From NCBI GenBank assembly GCA_963718235.1, contig CAVQYR010000001.1, positions 145,555 through 209,554 on the forward strand: a stretch of 64,000 nt of DNA. The letters are read 5' to 3'. The notes under the pieces were generated by a model, which worked only from the letters and a program-made list of their open reading frames with translations, did no database searches and was not told where the DNA came from. Shown piece by piece: positions 45,649-54,294 of the stretch. The stretch's first letter is position 1, and each line of letters begins with the position of its first letter. The position numbers were made by a program, and so were the translations under genes. This DNA comes from an uncultured Actinomycetota bacterium (GTDB taxonomy: Bacteria > Actinomycetota > Actinomycetes > JAHEKZ01).

Positions 45649-46440
45649 TCAGCGCAGCCGGCGGGCGAGAGCCTCCGGAATCACGGTGTTGGGGTCACGC
45701 AGGTCGGGGTCACGCAGCTCGCCCATTGCAGCCCGCGTGCCGACGAGTCCGGCGTACAGCGGGGGACAGGTCGGGCAGGAAGCGAGGTGCTGCTCGAGCA
45801 CCCGACGGTCGGACTGCGGCAGCTCGTCGTCCAGGTAGTCCGACACCTTGGCGCGGGCGTCCCAGCAACGCATCGGCACTCCCTTCAACGCGTGACGACG
45901 CTCGGCACCCAGCGCCAGCGCGGTGACGAGCATCATCCGACCGCGGCGCAGGCGCTGCTTCGCACCGGGTAGCCCAATGTCTTGCACAGCGGCGACCTCG
46001 CGCACGGTGAGACCCTCGGCGTCGTGCAGGACCACGGCTGACCGGTAGATGACCGGAAGCCGCGCCAAGGCGTCCTCGAGCTCGAGGCGGGTCTCCGCCC
46101 GTTCGACCACCACAGCTGAGTCGACGGTGTACGCGTCGTCGGACCACTTGCGCTCGACCTCCAGCGCATCCGCCTCGTCGTCGGCGGGGCTGGAGAGATC
46201 TCCCACCGCGACCTCGCGGTCACGCCGCCCGGCATCTACCGCCAGGTTGTGCAGCACCCGGTGCAGCCAGGTCCGCAAGGACGACTCCCCACGAAACGTG
46301 TCGCCGCGCTCGAGGGCGCGGGTCAGGGTCTCCTGCACGAGGTCCTCGGCACGTTCGGGGTCCCGGGTCAGCGTGCGCGCGTAGCGCAGCAGGCCCGGGA
46401 CCTCGTCGGCCAGTCGATCGGCGTCGATGCTCACCCGCAC
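45649..46440 (-). CDS. ECF sigma factor with a C-terminal zinc-finger anti-sigma (ZAS, zf-HC2) domain in one polypeptide
   Basis: Sigma region 2 (LLRYARTLTRDPERAEDLVQETL), region 4 (LPVIYRSAVVLHDAEGLTVREVAAVQDIGLPGAKQRLRRGR), then CWDARAKVSDYLDDEL...HLASCPTC, the HxxxCxxC-type ZAS motif. No TM segment. Confidence 0.75.
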   Translation of the reverse strand: MRVSIDADRLADEVPGLLRYARTLTRDPERAEDLVQETLTRALERGDTFRGESSLRTWLHRVLHNLAVDAGRRDREVAVGDLSSPADDEADALEVERKWSDDAYTVDSAVVVERAETRLELEDALARLPVIYRSAVVLHDAEGLTVREVAAVQDIGLPGAKQRLRRGRMMLVTALALGAERRHALKGVPMRCWDARAKVSDYLDDELPQSDRRVLEQHLASCPTCPPLYAGLVGTRAAMGELRDPDLRDPNTVIPEALARRLR

Positions 46441-46449
46441 GAAACTAGG

Positions 46450-46695
46450 TCAGTGGGCGCTCGACCCGACCGACGGGTGGGACTCGACGTCGGCCGCTCG
46501 GCAGGTCCGGATCCCGAAGAGGGTGTACAGCGGGCAGAAGGACACGGCCGACGTCGCGACCATCACCACGGCCAGCAGGTAAAGCAGCCAGGACAGCCAG
46601 GCCGTCGGGCCGACGAGCACGCCCACGACGACGAGCAAGGGCGCAACGACGAACGTGCGGATGATCCGGTCAGCCGATCCCATGTTGTGCTTCAC
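46450..46695 (-). CDS. DUF2892 (YgaP-like) small membrane protein
   Basis: GSADRIIRTFVVAPLLVVVGVLVGPTAWLSWLLYLLAVVMVATSAVSFCPLYTLFGIRTC. A GAGGAGG ribosome-binding site lies 5 nt before a GTG start. Paired divergently with a rhodanese gene. Confidence 0.6.
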   Translation of the reverse strand: MKHNMGSADRIIRTFVVAPLLVVVGVLVGPTAWLSWLLYLLAVVMVATSAVSFCPLYTLFGIRTCRAADVESHPSVGSSAH

Positions 46696-46801
46696 GATGT
46701 CCTCCTCGATCACGGTTTCCTTCTCTGCTGCATAGACGCACGAACCTCCTCGAGGGATACCGGAGTGGCGCCAGGAACCCTCCTCATATACCCTAGGGGG
46801 T

Positions 46802-47212
46802 ATGCAGAGCCGTCGACTCGCCCTGGTCACCGCCACCCTCGCCGCCGTGCTGGCGCTCGGGGGGCTCACCGCCTGTTCGACTGGCTCCGATGCCGTCACC
46901 GACGTCGACGCCACCCAGGCCGCTTCGGTCCTCCAGGAGGAGAAGCCGACCGTGGTCGACGTCCGGACTCCGGCCGAGTTCGCCGCCGGCCACCTGCCCG
47001 GCGCCTTGAACATCGACGTCGAGGATCCCGGTTTCACCGAGGCCATCGGCCAGCTGCCCAAGGACGACACCTACTTCGTCTACTGCCGCAGCGGGAACCG
47101 CTCAGGAGTGGCCACGGACCAGATGGCCGAGCAGGGCTTCACCGACGTCTACGACCTGCAAGGTGGCATCGTGGACTGGCAGGCGTCCGGCGGGGCGGTC
47201 GTCACCGGCTAG
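46802..47212 (+). CDS. Rhodanese-domain lipoprotein (single-domain sulfurtransferase)
   Basis: A lipobox (LTAC), then the rhodanese fold with the active-site loop CRSGNRS. Confidence 0.8.
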   Translation: MQSRRLALVTATLAAVLALGGLTACSTGSDAVTDVDATQAASVLQEEKPTVVDVRTPAEFAAGHLPGALNIDVEDPGFTEAIGQLPKDDTYFVYCRSGNRSGVATDQMAEQGFTDVYDLQGGIVDWQASGGAVVTG

Positions 47213-47248
47213 GAGCCGACCGCCGGACTTCGGTGGCGGTCGCTGGCC

Positions 47249-48025
47249 TCAGAGGCGGCGGTCGGCGTCGACCGGGAACTTGGCCCGCCAGGTCGCGACC
47301 TCGGCGAGGTCGACCTCGACCCCAACCACCTGCTCGGCGCTCTCGTCGGCCTCCAGCAGGACGACGCCACGCGCATCGACGACGACGCTGTGCCCGCCCA
47401 TGGCCTTGCCAGCCTGCTCGCCCACGGTGTTCACCGCCACCACCACGTACTGGTTCTCGATCGCCCGCGCCTGGGCCAGCACCCGCCAGTGGTCAACCCG
47501 CGCCAGCGGCCAGGCCGCAGGGACGACGACGAGGTCGGCGTCCAGGTCGCGCAGCCGCCGGAAGAGCTCGGGGAAGCGCAGGTCGTAGCACGTCGCGAGC
47601 CCGATCCGCCCGAGCTTGGTGGGTACGACGACGATGTCGTCGCCGGCCGTCATCAGGGACGGCTCGCCCTCGCTGAAGCCGAACAGGTGCATCTTCCGGT
47701 ACACCGCAGCGACGCCACCCTGCGGGTCCAGGAGCACCGCGGTGTTGGTGAGCGACCCATCGTCGTGGCGCTCGACGAACGATCCCGCGTGGACGTACGC
47801 GCCGAGGTCTCGTGCGGCGGCGGCCAGGGAGTTGACGATGGGGCCGTCGAGCGGCTCGGCGGTCTCCTCCCACGACGTATAGGTGAACCCCCCGTTGGGC
47901 CACAGCTCGGGCAGCACCACGAGGTCCGCGTCGCGCAGCGTGTGGACCAGGCCGACCACCCGCCCCACCCGGTCGGCGAACAGCTCGGTGGCGTCGAAGT
48001 CCAGCTGCACCATCGTGACCTGCAT
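47249..48025 (-). CDS. Carbon-nitrogen hydrolase (nitrilase superfamily)
   Basis: A Glu-Lys-Cys triad context (LVVLPELW...YRKMHLF...GLATCYDLRFPELF). Confidence 0.85.
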   Translation of the reverse strand: MQVTMVQLDFDATELFADRVGRVVGLVHTLRDADLVVLPELWPNGGFTYTSWEETAEPLDGPIVNSLAAAARDLGAYVHAGSFVERHDDGSLTNTAVLLDPQGGVAAVYRKMHLFGFSEGEPSLMTAGDDIVVVPTKLGRIGLATCYDLRFPELFRRLRDLDADLVVVPAAWPLARVDHWRVLAQARAIENQYVVVAVNTVGEQAGKAMGGHSVVVDARGVVLLEADESAEQVVGVEVDLAEVATWRAKFPVDADRRL

Positions 48026-48059
48026 GACGACAGGATCTCACGGGGTTTACGGTCGCCCC

Positions 48060-48920
48060 ATGGACAAAGCCAGGGACAGGAACAGGCACTGGGACAGGGA
48101 CACCGCCGTGGGTGCCTACGTCGAGGCGCTGAACGCCGTGCGCGACCTCGCGGCGGAGCTGTCCGAGGGGGAGTGGGTCCTGCCGACCGACCTGCCGGGC
48201 TGGTCGGTGCAGGACAACATCGCCCACGTCGTCGCCGTGGAGGACGAGCTGGCCGGCCGGCCGCTGCCGGACCACCTGCCGGACTACGCCGTCCTCAGCC
48301 ACGTCACCAACCCGTTCGCCGAGCACATGGAGATCGGCGTCGACCACCGCCGAGGGGTCCGACCCGTCGACCTGGTCGCCGAGCTGCGCGCACTCGTCGA
48401 GGAGCGCACCGCTCAGCTCGACGAGGTCGGTGACGACCCGGAGGCGCTGGTCGCCGGACCCATGGGCAGCCAGCGTCCGGTCGGTCGGTCCCTGGGCATC
48501 CGTGCGTTCGACATCTGGGCCCACGAGCAGGACGTCCGGCGGGCCACCGGGCGCCCCGAGCGGCTCACCGGACTGGCGCCGGCCGCCTCACTCGAGCGGA
48601 TCGTCGCTGCGCTTCCGGTCGTGGTCAGCAAGGAGGCGGGGCTGCCGGCCGGCAGCGCGGTCCGGTTCGAGATCGACGGACCGGGTCCGGTCCCCGACGG
48701 GCTGACCCTGGACGTCGTCGTCGACTCCGAGGGCATCGGCCGAGTGATCTCCGCCGACGACGGGGCCACTCCACCGACCACGGTCAGCCTCACGATGGAC
48801 TTCGCGACCCTCGCCCATCTCGCGTGCGGAAGACGCCCGCCCCGTGACTGCGTCGTCGAGATCACCGGTGACGCCGATCAGGCCGCCCGGGTGCTCGCCG
48901 TCCTGGCCATCACCCCCTGA
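48060..48920 (+). CDS. Mycothiol-dependent maleylpyruvate isomerase N-terminal-domain (DinB/TIGR03083) family protein
   Basis: WSVQDNIAHVVAVEDEL...IRAFDIWAHEQDVRRA. It starts at the internal Met (ATG 48060-48062); the upstream ORF-track residues are Ser/Thr/Arg-rich noise. Confidence 0.65.
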   Translation: MDKARDRNRHWDRDTAVGAYVEALNAVRDLAAELSEGEWVLPTDLPGWSVQDNIAHVVAVEDELAGRPLPDHLPDYAVLSHVTNPFAEHMEIGVDHRRGVRPVDLVAELRALVEERTAQLDEVGDDPEALVAGPMGSQRPVGRSLGIRAFDIWAHEQDVRRATGRPERLTGLAPAASLERIVAALPVVVSKEAGLPAGSAVRFEIDGPGPVPDGLTLDVVVDSEGIGRVISADDGATPPTTVSLTMDFATLAHLACGRRPPRDCVVEITGDADQAARVLAVLAITP

Positions 48921-48928
48921 CAGCAGCG

Positions 48929-50353
48929 CTACCAGGCGAGGTCGACCGCGGGCTCCTCGAGCATCGACGCCACGTCGACGAGCAGCCGTGAGCCCGTCGC
49001 GCCGTCGATGAACCGGTGGTCGAACGACAGCGACAGCGTGCACACCGTGCGCACGGCGAGCTCGCCCTGATGCACCCAGGGCTTCTGTCTCCACGCACCC
49101 ACGGCGAGGATCGCCGACTCGCCGGGGTTGATGATCGGTGTCCCGCCGTCGACACCGAACACACCGACGTTGGTGATCGTGAACGTTCCACCGATGAGGT
49201 CGCCCGGGGTCGTGCGGCCCTCCTTGGCGGTCGCGGTCAGGTTGGTCAGCGCCGCCGCGAGGTCGCGCAGCGACAGGAGGTCGGCGTCCTTGATGTTGGG
49301 AACCACGAGCCCTCGCGGTGTCGCGGCGGCGAACCCGAGGTTGACCGCCCCGCGGTGCACGATCTCTCCGGCCGCTGCGTCGAACCACCCGTTGGCCAAC
49401 GGGGTCCGGGCCAGCCCGGCCAGCACGGCGCGGGCCACGAGCAGCATCTGCGTCACCCGCAGCCCCTCGAAGGACGCAGATCCGCGCAGCCGATCCAGCA
49501 GCTCGCCGCTCCTGGTGACGTCGACCTCGACCCACTCGGTGACGTGCGGGATGGTGAACGCGCTGCTCGACATGGCCTCGGCCATCAGTCGGGTGACCCC
49601 GCGCACGGGCTCACGCGACTGACCACGTGCCGCGGAGCCCGTCGTCGGGGTCTGGCCGGACCGAGGCGGCGACGTCATCGGCCTCATCAGGGCAGCGGCC
49701 GCCTCGACGTCGTCGCGGGTGACCACCCCCTCGGGTCCGGTCGGTCGCACCGCAGCCAGGTCGACCCCCAGCTCGCGGGCCAGCTTGCGCACCGGAGGCT
49801 TCGCGCGGGGCCGGGCCGGGCCGGCGGACGCGGCCGATGCCCGGTCGCCGCCCAGTCGGGCCTCGGCCGCCCGACCGATCTCGAGCCCGCCGTGACGCAC
49901 CGGCTTGACCGGCTCACCGGGCGGGCCGGCCTCGAGCCGCTGCGTGCCGTGCGGCGAGACAGCGGGTAGTCGCGGCCGGCGCCTGGTCGCGTCAGGGGTG
50001 ACGCCGTACCCGACGAGCACCGGACCGCTGCCCTCGGCCGGCGGCTCGACTCCCGGGTCGCCCGGCGCCGTCGGGGTCGGTGCGGCCTCGGTGAGCAACA
50101 GCGTGACCAGCGGCTTGCCGACCGCCACGACCTCGCCCTCGGTCGCGTGCAGCTCGGCCACAGTTCCGGCGTAGGGACTCGGCAGCTCGACCGCCGCCTT
50201 CGCGGTCTCCACCTCAACGAGCGGCTGGTTGACCACGACCGTGTCGCCCACGGCCACGAGCCAGCGGAGGACCTCGCCCTCGGTGAGCCCCTCACCGACG
50301 TCGGGCAGCAGGAACTGCCGGTGCAACGAAGGGGTGTCGGTCTGTGTCATCAA
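48929..50353 (-). CDS. Dihydrolipoamide acyltransferase E2 component of an alpha-ketoacid dehydrogenase complex
   Basis: An N-terminal lipoyl domain (VETAKAAVELPSPYAG), a Pro/Ala-rich linker, a peripheral-subunit-binding region, and a catalytic domain with DHRFIDGA. Confidence 0.9.
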   Translation of the reverse strand: MMTQTDTPSLHRQFLLPDVGEGLTEGEVLRWLVAVGDTVVVNQPLVEVETAKAAVELPSPYAGTVAELHATEGEVVAVGKPLVTLLLTEAAPTPTAPGDPGVEPPAEGSGPVLVGYGVTPDATRRRPRLPAVSPHGTQRLEAGPPGEPVKPVRHGGLEIGRAAEARLGGDRASAASAGPARPRAKPPVRKLARELGVDLAAVRPTGPEGVVTRDDVEAAAALMRPMTSPPRSGQTPTTGSAARGQSREPVRGVTRLMAEAMSSSAFTIPHVTEWVEVDVTRSGELLDRLRGSASFEGLRVTQMLLVARAVLAGLARTPLANGWFDAAAGEIVHRGAVNLGFAAATPRGLVVPNIKDADLLSLRDLAAALTNLTATAKEGRTTPGDLIGGTFTITNVGVFGVDGGTPIINPGESAILAVGAWRQKPWVHQGELAVRTVCTLSLSFDHRFIDGATGSRLLVDVASMLEEPAVDLAW

Positions 50354-50366
50354 GGCTTCCAGTCGG

Positions 50367-51365
50367 TCAGAACGCCAGCGAGCGGTCGACGGCGTCGAGC
50401 ACTCGGTCGAGGTCGGGCAGGTACAGGTGCTCGACCCGTGAGGGTGGGTAAGGCGTGTCGAACCCGCCCACCCGCAGCACCGGGGCCTGCAGGTCGTAGA
50501 AGCAGCGTTCGGTGAGGCGGGCGGCGAGCTCGGCCCCGAGCCCCAGGAACACCGGGGCCTCGTGGACGACCACGCAACGGCCGGTGCGGCTGACCGACCC
50601 GGCCACGGTGTCGACGTCGATCGGTGACAGGGACCGCAGGTCGACGACCTCGATGCTCACGTGGTCCCCCTCCGCGGCGGCGGCCGCCTCGACGCACGTG
50701 CGCACCATGGGTCCGTAGGAGACGACGGTGACGTCGTCGCCCGATCGCACCACGCGGGCCTGGTCCAGGGGCGGCGGTACCGCGTCGAGGTCGACCTGCG
50801 CCTTGTCCCAGTAGCGCCGCTTGGGCTCCAGGAACACCACCGGGTCGTCGCACGCGACAGCCTGCTGCACCATCCAGTAGGCGTCGACCGGGTTGGACGG
50901 CGTCACCACCCGGAGTCCGGCGGTGTGGGCGAAGTACGCCTCCGGGGACTCGCTGTGGTGCTCGACCGCGCCGATCCCGCCGCCATAGGGGAGGCGAAGC
51001 GTCACGGGCATCGACACGCCCCCGGAGGAGCGTGCATGCATCTTGGCCAGCTGGCTGACGATCTGGTCGAAGGCGACGTAGACGAAGCCGTCGAACTGGA
51101 TCTCCGTGACCGGGCGGAAGCCGCGCAGGGCCAGCCCGATCGCCGTACCGATGATGCTGCTCTCAGCGAGCGGTGTGTCGATGACCCGGTGCTCGCCGAA
51201 GTCCTTCTGGAGCCCGTCGGTGATCCGGAAGACGCCGCCGAGCTTGCCGATGTCCTCTCCCATCAGCAGCACCTTGGGGTCGCTCTCGAGCGCCCGCCGG
51301 AGTCCGAGGTTGATCGCCTTGCCCAAGGTGATCGGTGCGCTCGCCTCGCCGGGGTTCGTCGTCAC
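50367..51365 (-). CDS. Alpha-ketoacid dehydrogenase E1 beta subunit
   Basis: A transketolase-like pyrimidine-binding domain plus a C-terminal domain. The GTG start follows a GGAGG ribosome-binding site and sits 1 nt after the E1 alpha stop (GAGGTGTGAcGTG). Confidence 0.9.
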   Translation of the reverse strand: MTTNPGEASAPITLGKAINLGLRRALESDPKVLLMGEDIGKLGGVFRITDGLQKDFGEHRVIDTPLAESSIIGTAIGLALRGFRPVTEIQFDGFVYVAFDQIVSQLAKMHARSSGGVSMPVTLRLPYGGGIGAVEHHSESPEAYFAHTAGLRVVTPSNPVDAYWMVQQAVACDDPVVFLEPKRRYWDKAQVDLDAVPPPLDQARVVRSGDDVTVVSYGPMVRTCVEAAAAAEGDHVSIEVVDLRSLSPIDVDTVAGSVSRTGRCVVVHEAPVFLGLGAELAARLTERCFYDLQAPVLRVGGFDTPYPPSRVEHLYLPDLDRVLDAVDRSLAF

Positions 51366-51366
51366 G

Positions 51367-52494
51367 TCACACCTCCGGGGCGAACGAGCCGAGGTAGGTC
51401 TCGAACGACGCACGCTCGGCGTCGACGAGTGAGTGCGGTTCGGCGTAGGCGTGGGCGAACATGTCCAACGGAGCCGGGTCCGCCAGTGCGCGGCAGCCCT
51501 CACGGAGTCGTACGGCGAGCGCCTCGGACTCGGCGTCCAACGCTTCGAAGTACGCGTCGTCGACCAGCTGCTGCTTGTACAGGAACGACCTCAGCCGCTC
51601 GATCGGGTCGCGCAGCCGCCAGGCCTCGGTCTCGGCGTCGGTGCGGTACCGCGTCGGGTCGTCGGAGGTGGTGTGTGCCCCCATGCGGTAGGTGAACGCC
51701 TCGACGAGGCTCGGCCCACCCCCCTCGCGCGCACGCTGCAGCATGTACCTGCTGACCGCCAGGCTGGCCAGGACGTCGTTGCCGTCGACCCGCACTCCGG
51801 GGAACCCGAAGCCGTTGGCGCGCTGGTACAGCGGGATCCGGGTCTGCCGCTCCAGGGGCTCGGAGATCGCCCACTGGTTGTTCTGGCAGAAGAAGACCAC
51901 CGGCGCGTTGAAGACGCTGGCCCAGATGAAGGCCTCGTTGACGTCGCCCTGGCTGCTCGCCCCGTCGCCGAAGAAGACCATGACCGCGTGCTCGTCGCCG
52001 TCGGCCTGCATGCCCATCGCGTAGCCGACCGCCTGCGGGCACTGGTCGCCGATCACGATCGTGTACAGCGCGAACCCGTGCTCTCTGGGGCTCCAGCCAC
52101 CGTTGGTGGTCCCCCGGAACAGACCGAGCAGGGTGAGTGGGTCGACGTCGCGACACCAGGCGACCCCGTGCTCGCGGTAGGTGGGAAACGCCATGTCGCC
52201 GGGCAGCAGCGCGCGACCGGCACCGACCTGCGCGGCCTCCTGGCCGAGCAGCGAGGCCCACAGCCCCAGCTCGCCCTGTCGTTGCAGGGCGGTCGCCTCG
52301 GCGTCGATCCGCCGCACCAGCGTGAGGTCGCGGAACAGCGCACGGTAGTCGTCGTCGGTCAGCGTGATGTCGAAGGTCGGGTGGTGCAGTCGTTCCCCCT
52401 CGGGGGTGAGCAGCTGGACCATCGTCGGGTCAGCGGACACCGCCGCGATGGGCGGGGGCGCGCTCGCTCCTGGGGTCACGCCGTCCTCCTCCAC
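51367..52494 (-). CDS. Alpha-ketoacid dehydrogenase E1 alpha subunit (TPP-binding)
   Basis: A TPP motif (GDGASSQGDVNEAFIWASVFNAPVVFFCQNNQWA). The start may instead be Met25 (MVQLLTPEG). Confidence 0.9.
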   Translation of the reverse strand: MEEDGVTPGASAPPPIAAVSADPTMVQLLTPEGERLHHPTFDITLTDDDYRALFRDLTLVRRIDAEATALQRQGELGLWASLLGQEAAQVGAGRALLPGDMAFPTYREHGVAWCRDVDPLTLLGLFRGTTNGGWSPREHGFALYTIVIGDQCPQAVGYAMGMQADGDEHAVMVFFGDGASSQGDVNEAFIWASVFNAPVVFFCQNNQWAISEPLERQTRIPLYQRANGFGFPGVRVDGNDVLASLAVSRYMLQRAREGGGPSLVEAFTYRMGAHTTSDDPTRYRTDAETEAWRLRDPIERLRSFLYKQQLVDDAYFEALDAESEALAVRLREGCRALADPAPLDMFAHAYAEPHSLVDAERASFETYLGSFAPEV

Positions 52495-52628
52495 CCGCCC
52501 CGGTAGCCGCGGGGTCTCCGTGCCACGCCGGGTGCTGGTCCGCCCATGGTGGCCCTTTCCGCGCGCTGCGCCAAGCCACCGGGGTCAACGGCGTCCGACC
52601 GTGGCGCGGTGACCGTCGCCGGGGAGGC

Positions 52629-53438
52629 TCAGTGGGGCCGTGGTCCGTGCGGCGGGTGCCCCGGGCCGTGCTCGTGGCCACCCCCGTGATCGTGCCCGTC
52701 CCCGTGGCCACCCCCGTGATCGTGCCCGTCCTCGTGGCCACCGCCGTGATCGTGCCCGTCCTCGTCATGGGGAGGGCGTCCCTGGTCGTGGTCGTCCCCG
52801 TCCCCGTCACCGTCACCGTCATGGGGCGGGCACCCTGGGTCGCCGTCGTCCGGCGGCTGCCCGGGCCCGTGGTGCGGTGGGTGACTGGGCCCCCTGGGTC
52901 CGCCGTCGCCGGGCCCACCGGGGGGGCGCGGACCGTGTGGCCCGTCGCCCGGGTGAGTCGTCGGGGTGGGGGTAGGCGTGGGGGTGGGCGTGGGGGTCGG
53001 GTCATCGGGGGGAGGGGCCGGCTCGTCCGGCGATGAGCCCCCCGCGCCGGAAGGCCTGGCCCCGCCGTCGGAGGGCCGCACCGCCGGTGCGGCACTCGTT
53101 CCCGACGACGGAACGACGCCAGGGTCGTTCGCCGAGCGACCCGGTCCGGCCGGCCCAGGGCGGCCGGGGGCGGGCGACGTGGCGTCGGTCGTCGGCTCCG
53201 GCTGCACGCCGATCGGGGCCGGGACCACGAGCTGGTCCGGGAGTGGGCCGAGCCGCCGGTCGAGGGCCGACCGCGACTCCGTGGTGCCGTCGAGGGTTCG
53301 GTGGGCCACGGTGGCCATGGCAGCGAGCCCGCCGGCGGACAGGCTGGCCGCGAGGAGCAGCACGACCGTGGCCCGGCCGCTGGCCCCGGCGAACCACGAG
53401 GCACGACCGGGCCGACGCCGGCGTCCGTCGTGGTCCAT
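52629..53438 (-). CDS. Membrane-anchored protein with Pro/Thr and His-rich tracts (putative metal-binding or spacer protein)
   Basis: Start at MDHDGRRRRPGRASWFAG (an AAGGAG ribosome-binding site is upstream). It has one TM helix (TVVLLLAASLSAGGLAAMA), a PTPTPTPTPT tract, a DGDGDGDGD tract and three HDHGGGH(E/G)DG repeats, and ends HGPGHPPHGPRPH. Confidence 0.55.
   Translation of the reverse strand: MDHDGRRRRPGRASWFAGASGRATVVLLLAASLSAGGLAAMATVAHRTLDGTTESRSALDRRLGPLPDQLVVPAPIGVQPEPTTDATSPAPGRPGPAGPGRSANDPGVVPSSGTSAAPAVRPSDGGARPSGAGGSSPDEPAPPPDDPTPTPTPTPTPTPTTHPGDGPHGPRPPGGPGDGGPRGPSHPPHHGPGQPPDDGDPGCPPHDGDGDGDGDDHDQGRPPHDEDGHDHGGGHEDGHDHGGGHGDGHDHGGGHEHGPGHPPHGPRPH
52671..52760. repeat. 3 x 30 bp tandem repeat inside the His-rich protein gene
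   Basis: The unit cgtggccacccccgtgatcgtgcccgtccc is repeated three times with 1-2 substitutions; it encodes the HDHGGGH repeats on the - strand. Confidence 0.7.
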
Positions 53439-53469
53439 GACGTCTCTCCTTGAGCCCCACCGCGACCAT

Positions 53470-53487
53470 ATCACTCAAAGTAGTGAT
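53470..53487. promoter_or_regulatory. AT-rich palindromic candidate operator in the divergent intergenic region between the His-rich gene and dosR
   Basis: ATCACT-CAAAGT-AGTGAT (a 6-bp inverted repeat, 6-nt spacer) embedded in a roughly 45-nt AT-rich island (accatatcactcaaagtagtgatgtgattactctacgcgactgatttcc) in a genome that is otherwise above 70% GC. Confidence 0.45.
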
Positions 53488-53615
53488 GTGATTACTCTAC
53501 GCGACTGATTTCCGATCGGGCCGTCGCGCCGCGCCGGGCCCCCGAACCAGGCAGACTGGGGGCGCGCGGCCGGCACCGGCCGCGGTCCGCCCGCCCTGCA
53601 TCCCGAGGACGACCC

Positions 53616-54266
53616 ATGACCGACCGCCCGATCCGGGTGTTTCTGCTCGACGACCACGAGGTCGTGCGTCGGGGCCTGCACGAGCTGCTCGTCCTCGAAG
53701 GCGACCTCGAGGTCGTCGGCGAGGGCGGGAGCGTGGCCGAGGCGCTGGCCAGGATCCCGGCCGTGCGCCCCGACGTCGCCGTCCTCGACGTCCGGCTGCC
53801 CGACGGCAGCGGCGTCGAGGTGTGCCGGGAGATCCGCTCGATGCTGCCGGACACGCGGTGCCTGATGCTGACGTCCTACGCCGACGACGAGGCGCTGTTC
53901 GACGCGATCATGGCCGGGGCGTCCGGGTACGCGCTGAAGGACATCCGGGGCAACGACCTCGTGGCGGCCATCCGCGAGGTGGCGGCCGGCAAGTCCCTGC
54001 TCGACCCGCAGGCCACGGCCAGGGTGCTCGAGCGCCTGCGCGGGGGCCAGCAGGAGGACGCCCGGCTGAGCATGCTCACCGACCAGGAGCGCCGGATCCT
54101 CGACCTGATCGGCGACGGGCTCACCAACCGTCAGATCGGCGAGCAGATGCACCTCGCCGAGAAGACCGTGAAGAACTACGTGTCGTCGCTGCTGGCCAAG
54201 CTGGGCATGGAGCGCCGCACCCAGGCCGCGGCCTACATCGCACGCCAGCAGGAGCACGACCGCTGA
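53616..54266 (+). CDS. dosR: DosR/DevR-type NarL-family response regulator
   Basis: It closely matches M. tuberculosis DevR as I recall it ([15 protein letters not shown]...[43 protein letters not shown]...[11 protein letters not shown]...[10 protein letters not shown]...[52 protein letters not shown]). Confidence 0.85.
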   Translation: MTDRPIRVFLLDDHEVVRRGLHELLVLEGDLEVVGEGGSVAEALARIPAVRPDVAVLDVRLPDGSGVEVCREIRSMLPDTRCLMLTSYADDEALFDAIMAGASGYALKDIRGNDLVAAIREVAAGKSLLDPQATARVLERLRGGQQEDARLSMLTDQERRILDLIGDGLTNRQIGEQMHLAEKTVKNYVSSLLAKLGMERRTQAAAYIARQQEHDR

Positions 54267-54294
54267 CCGCAGGGCACTGCGGTCCGCCGCGAAC

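Noticed and set aside
46249-47676. A 475-aa + strand ORF.
   Set aside because: It is antisense or out-of-frame over the DUF2892, rhodanese and CN-hydrolase genes and is Arg/Pro/Gly-rich.
52671-52760. Possible CRISPR-like array (30-nt repeats).
   Set aside because: It is three directly abutting units with no spacers, in frame within a coding region that encodes His-Gly repeats. There are no cas genes. It is a coding tandem repeat, not a CRISPR array.
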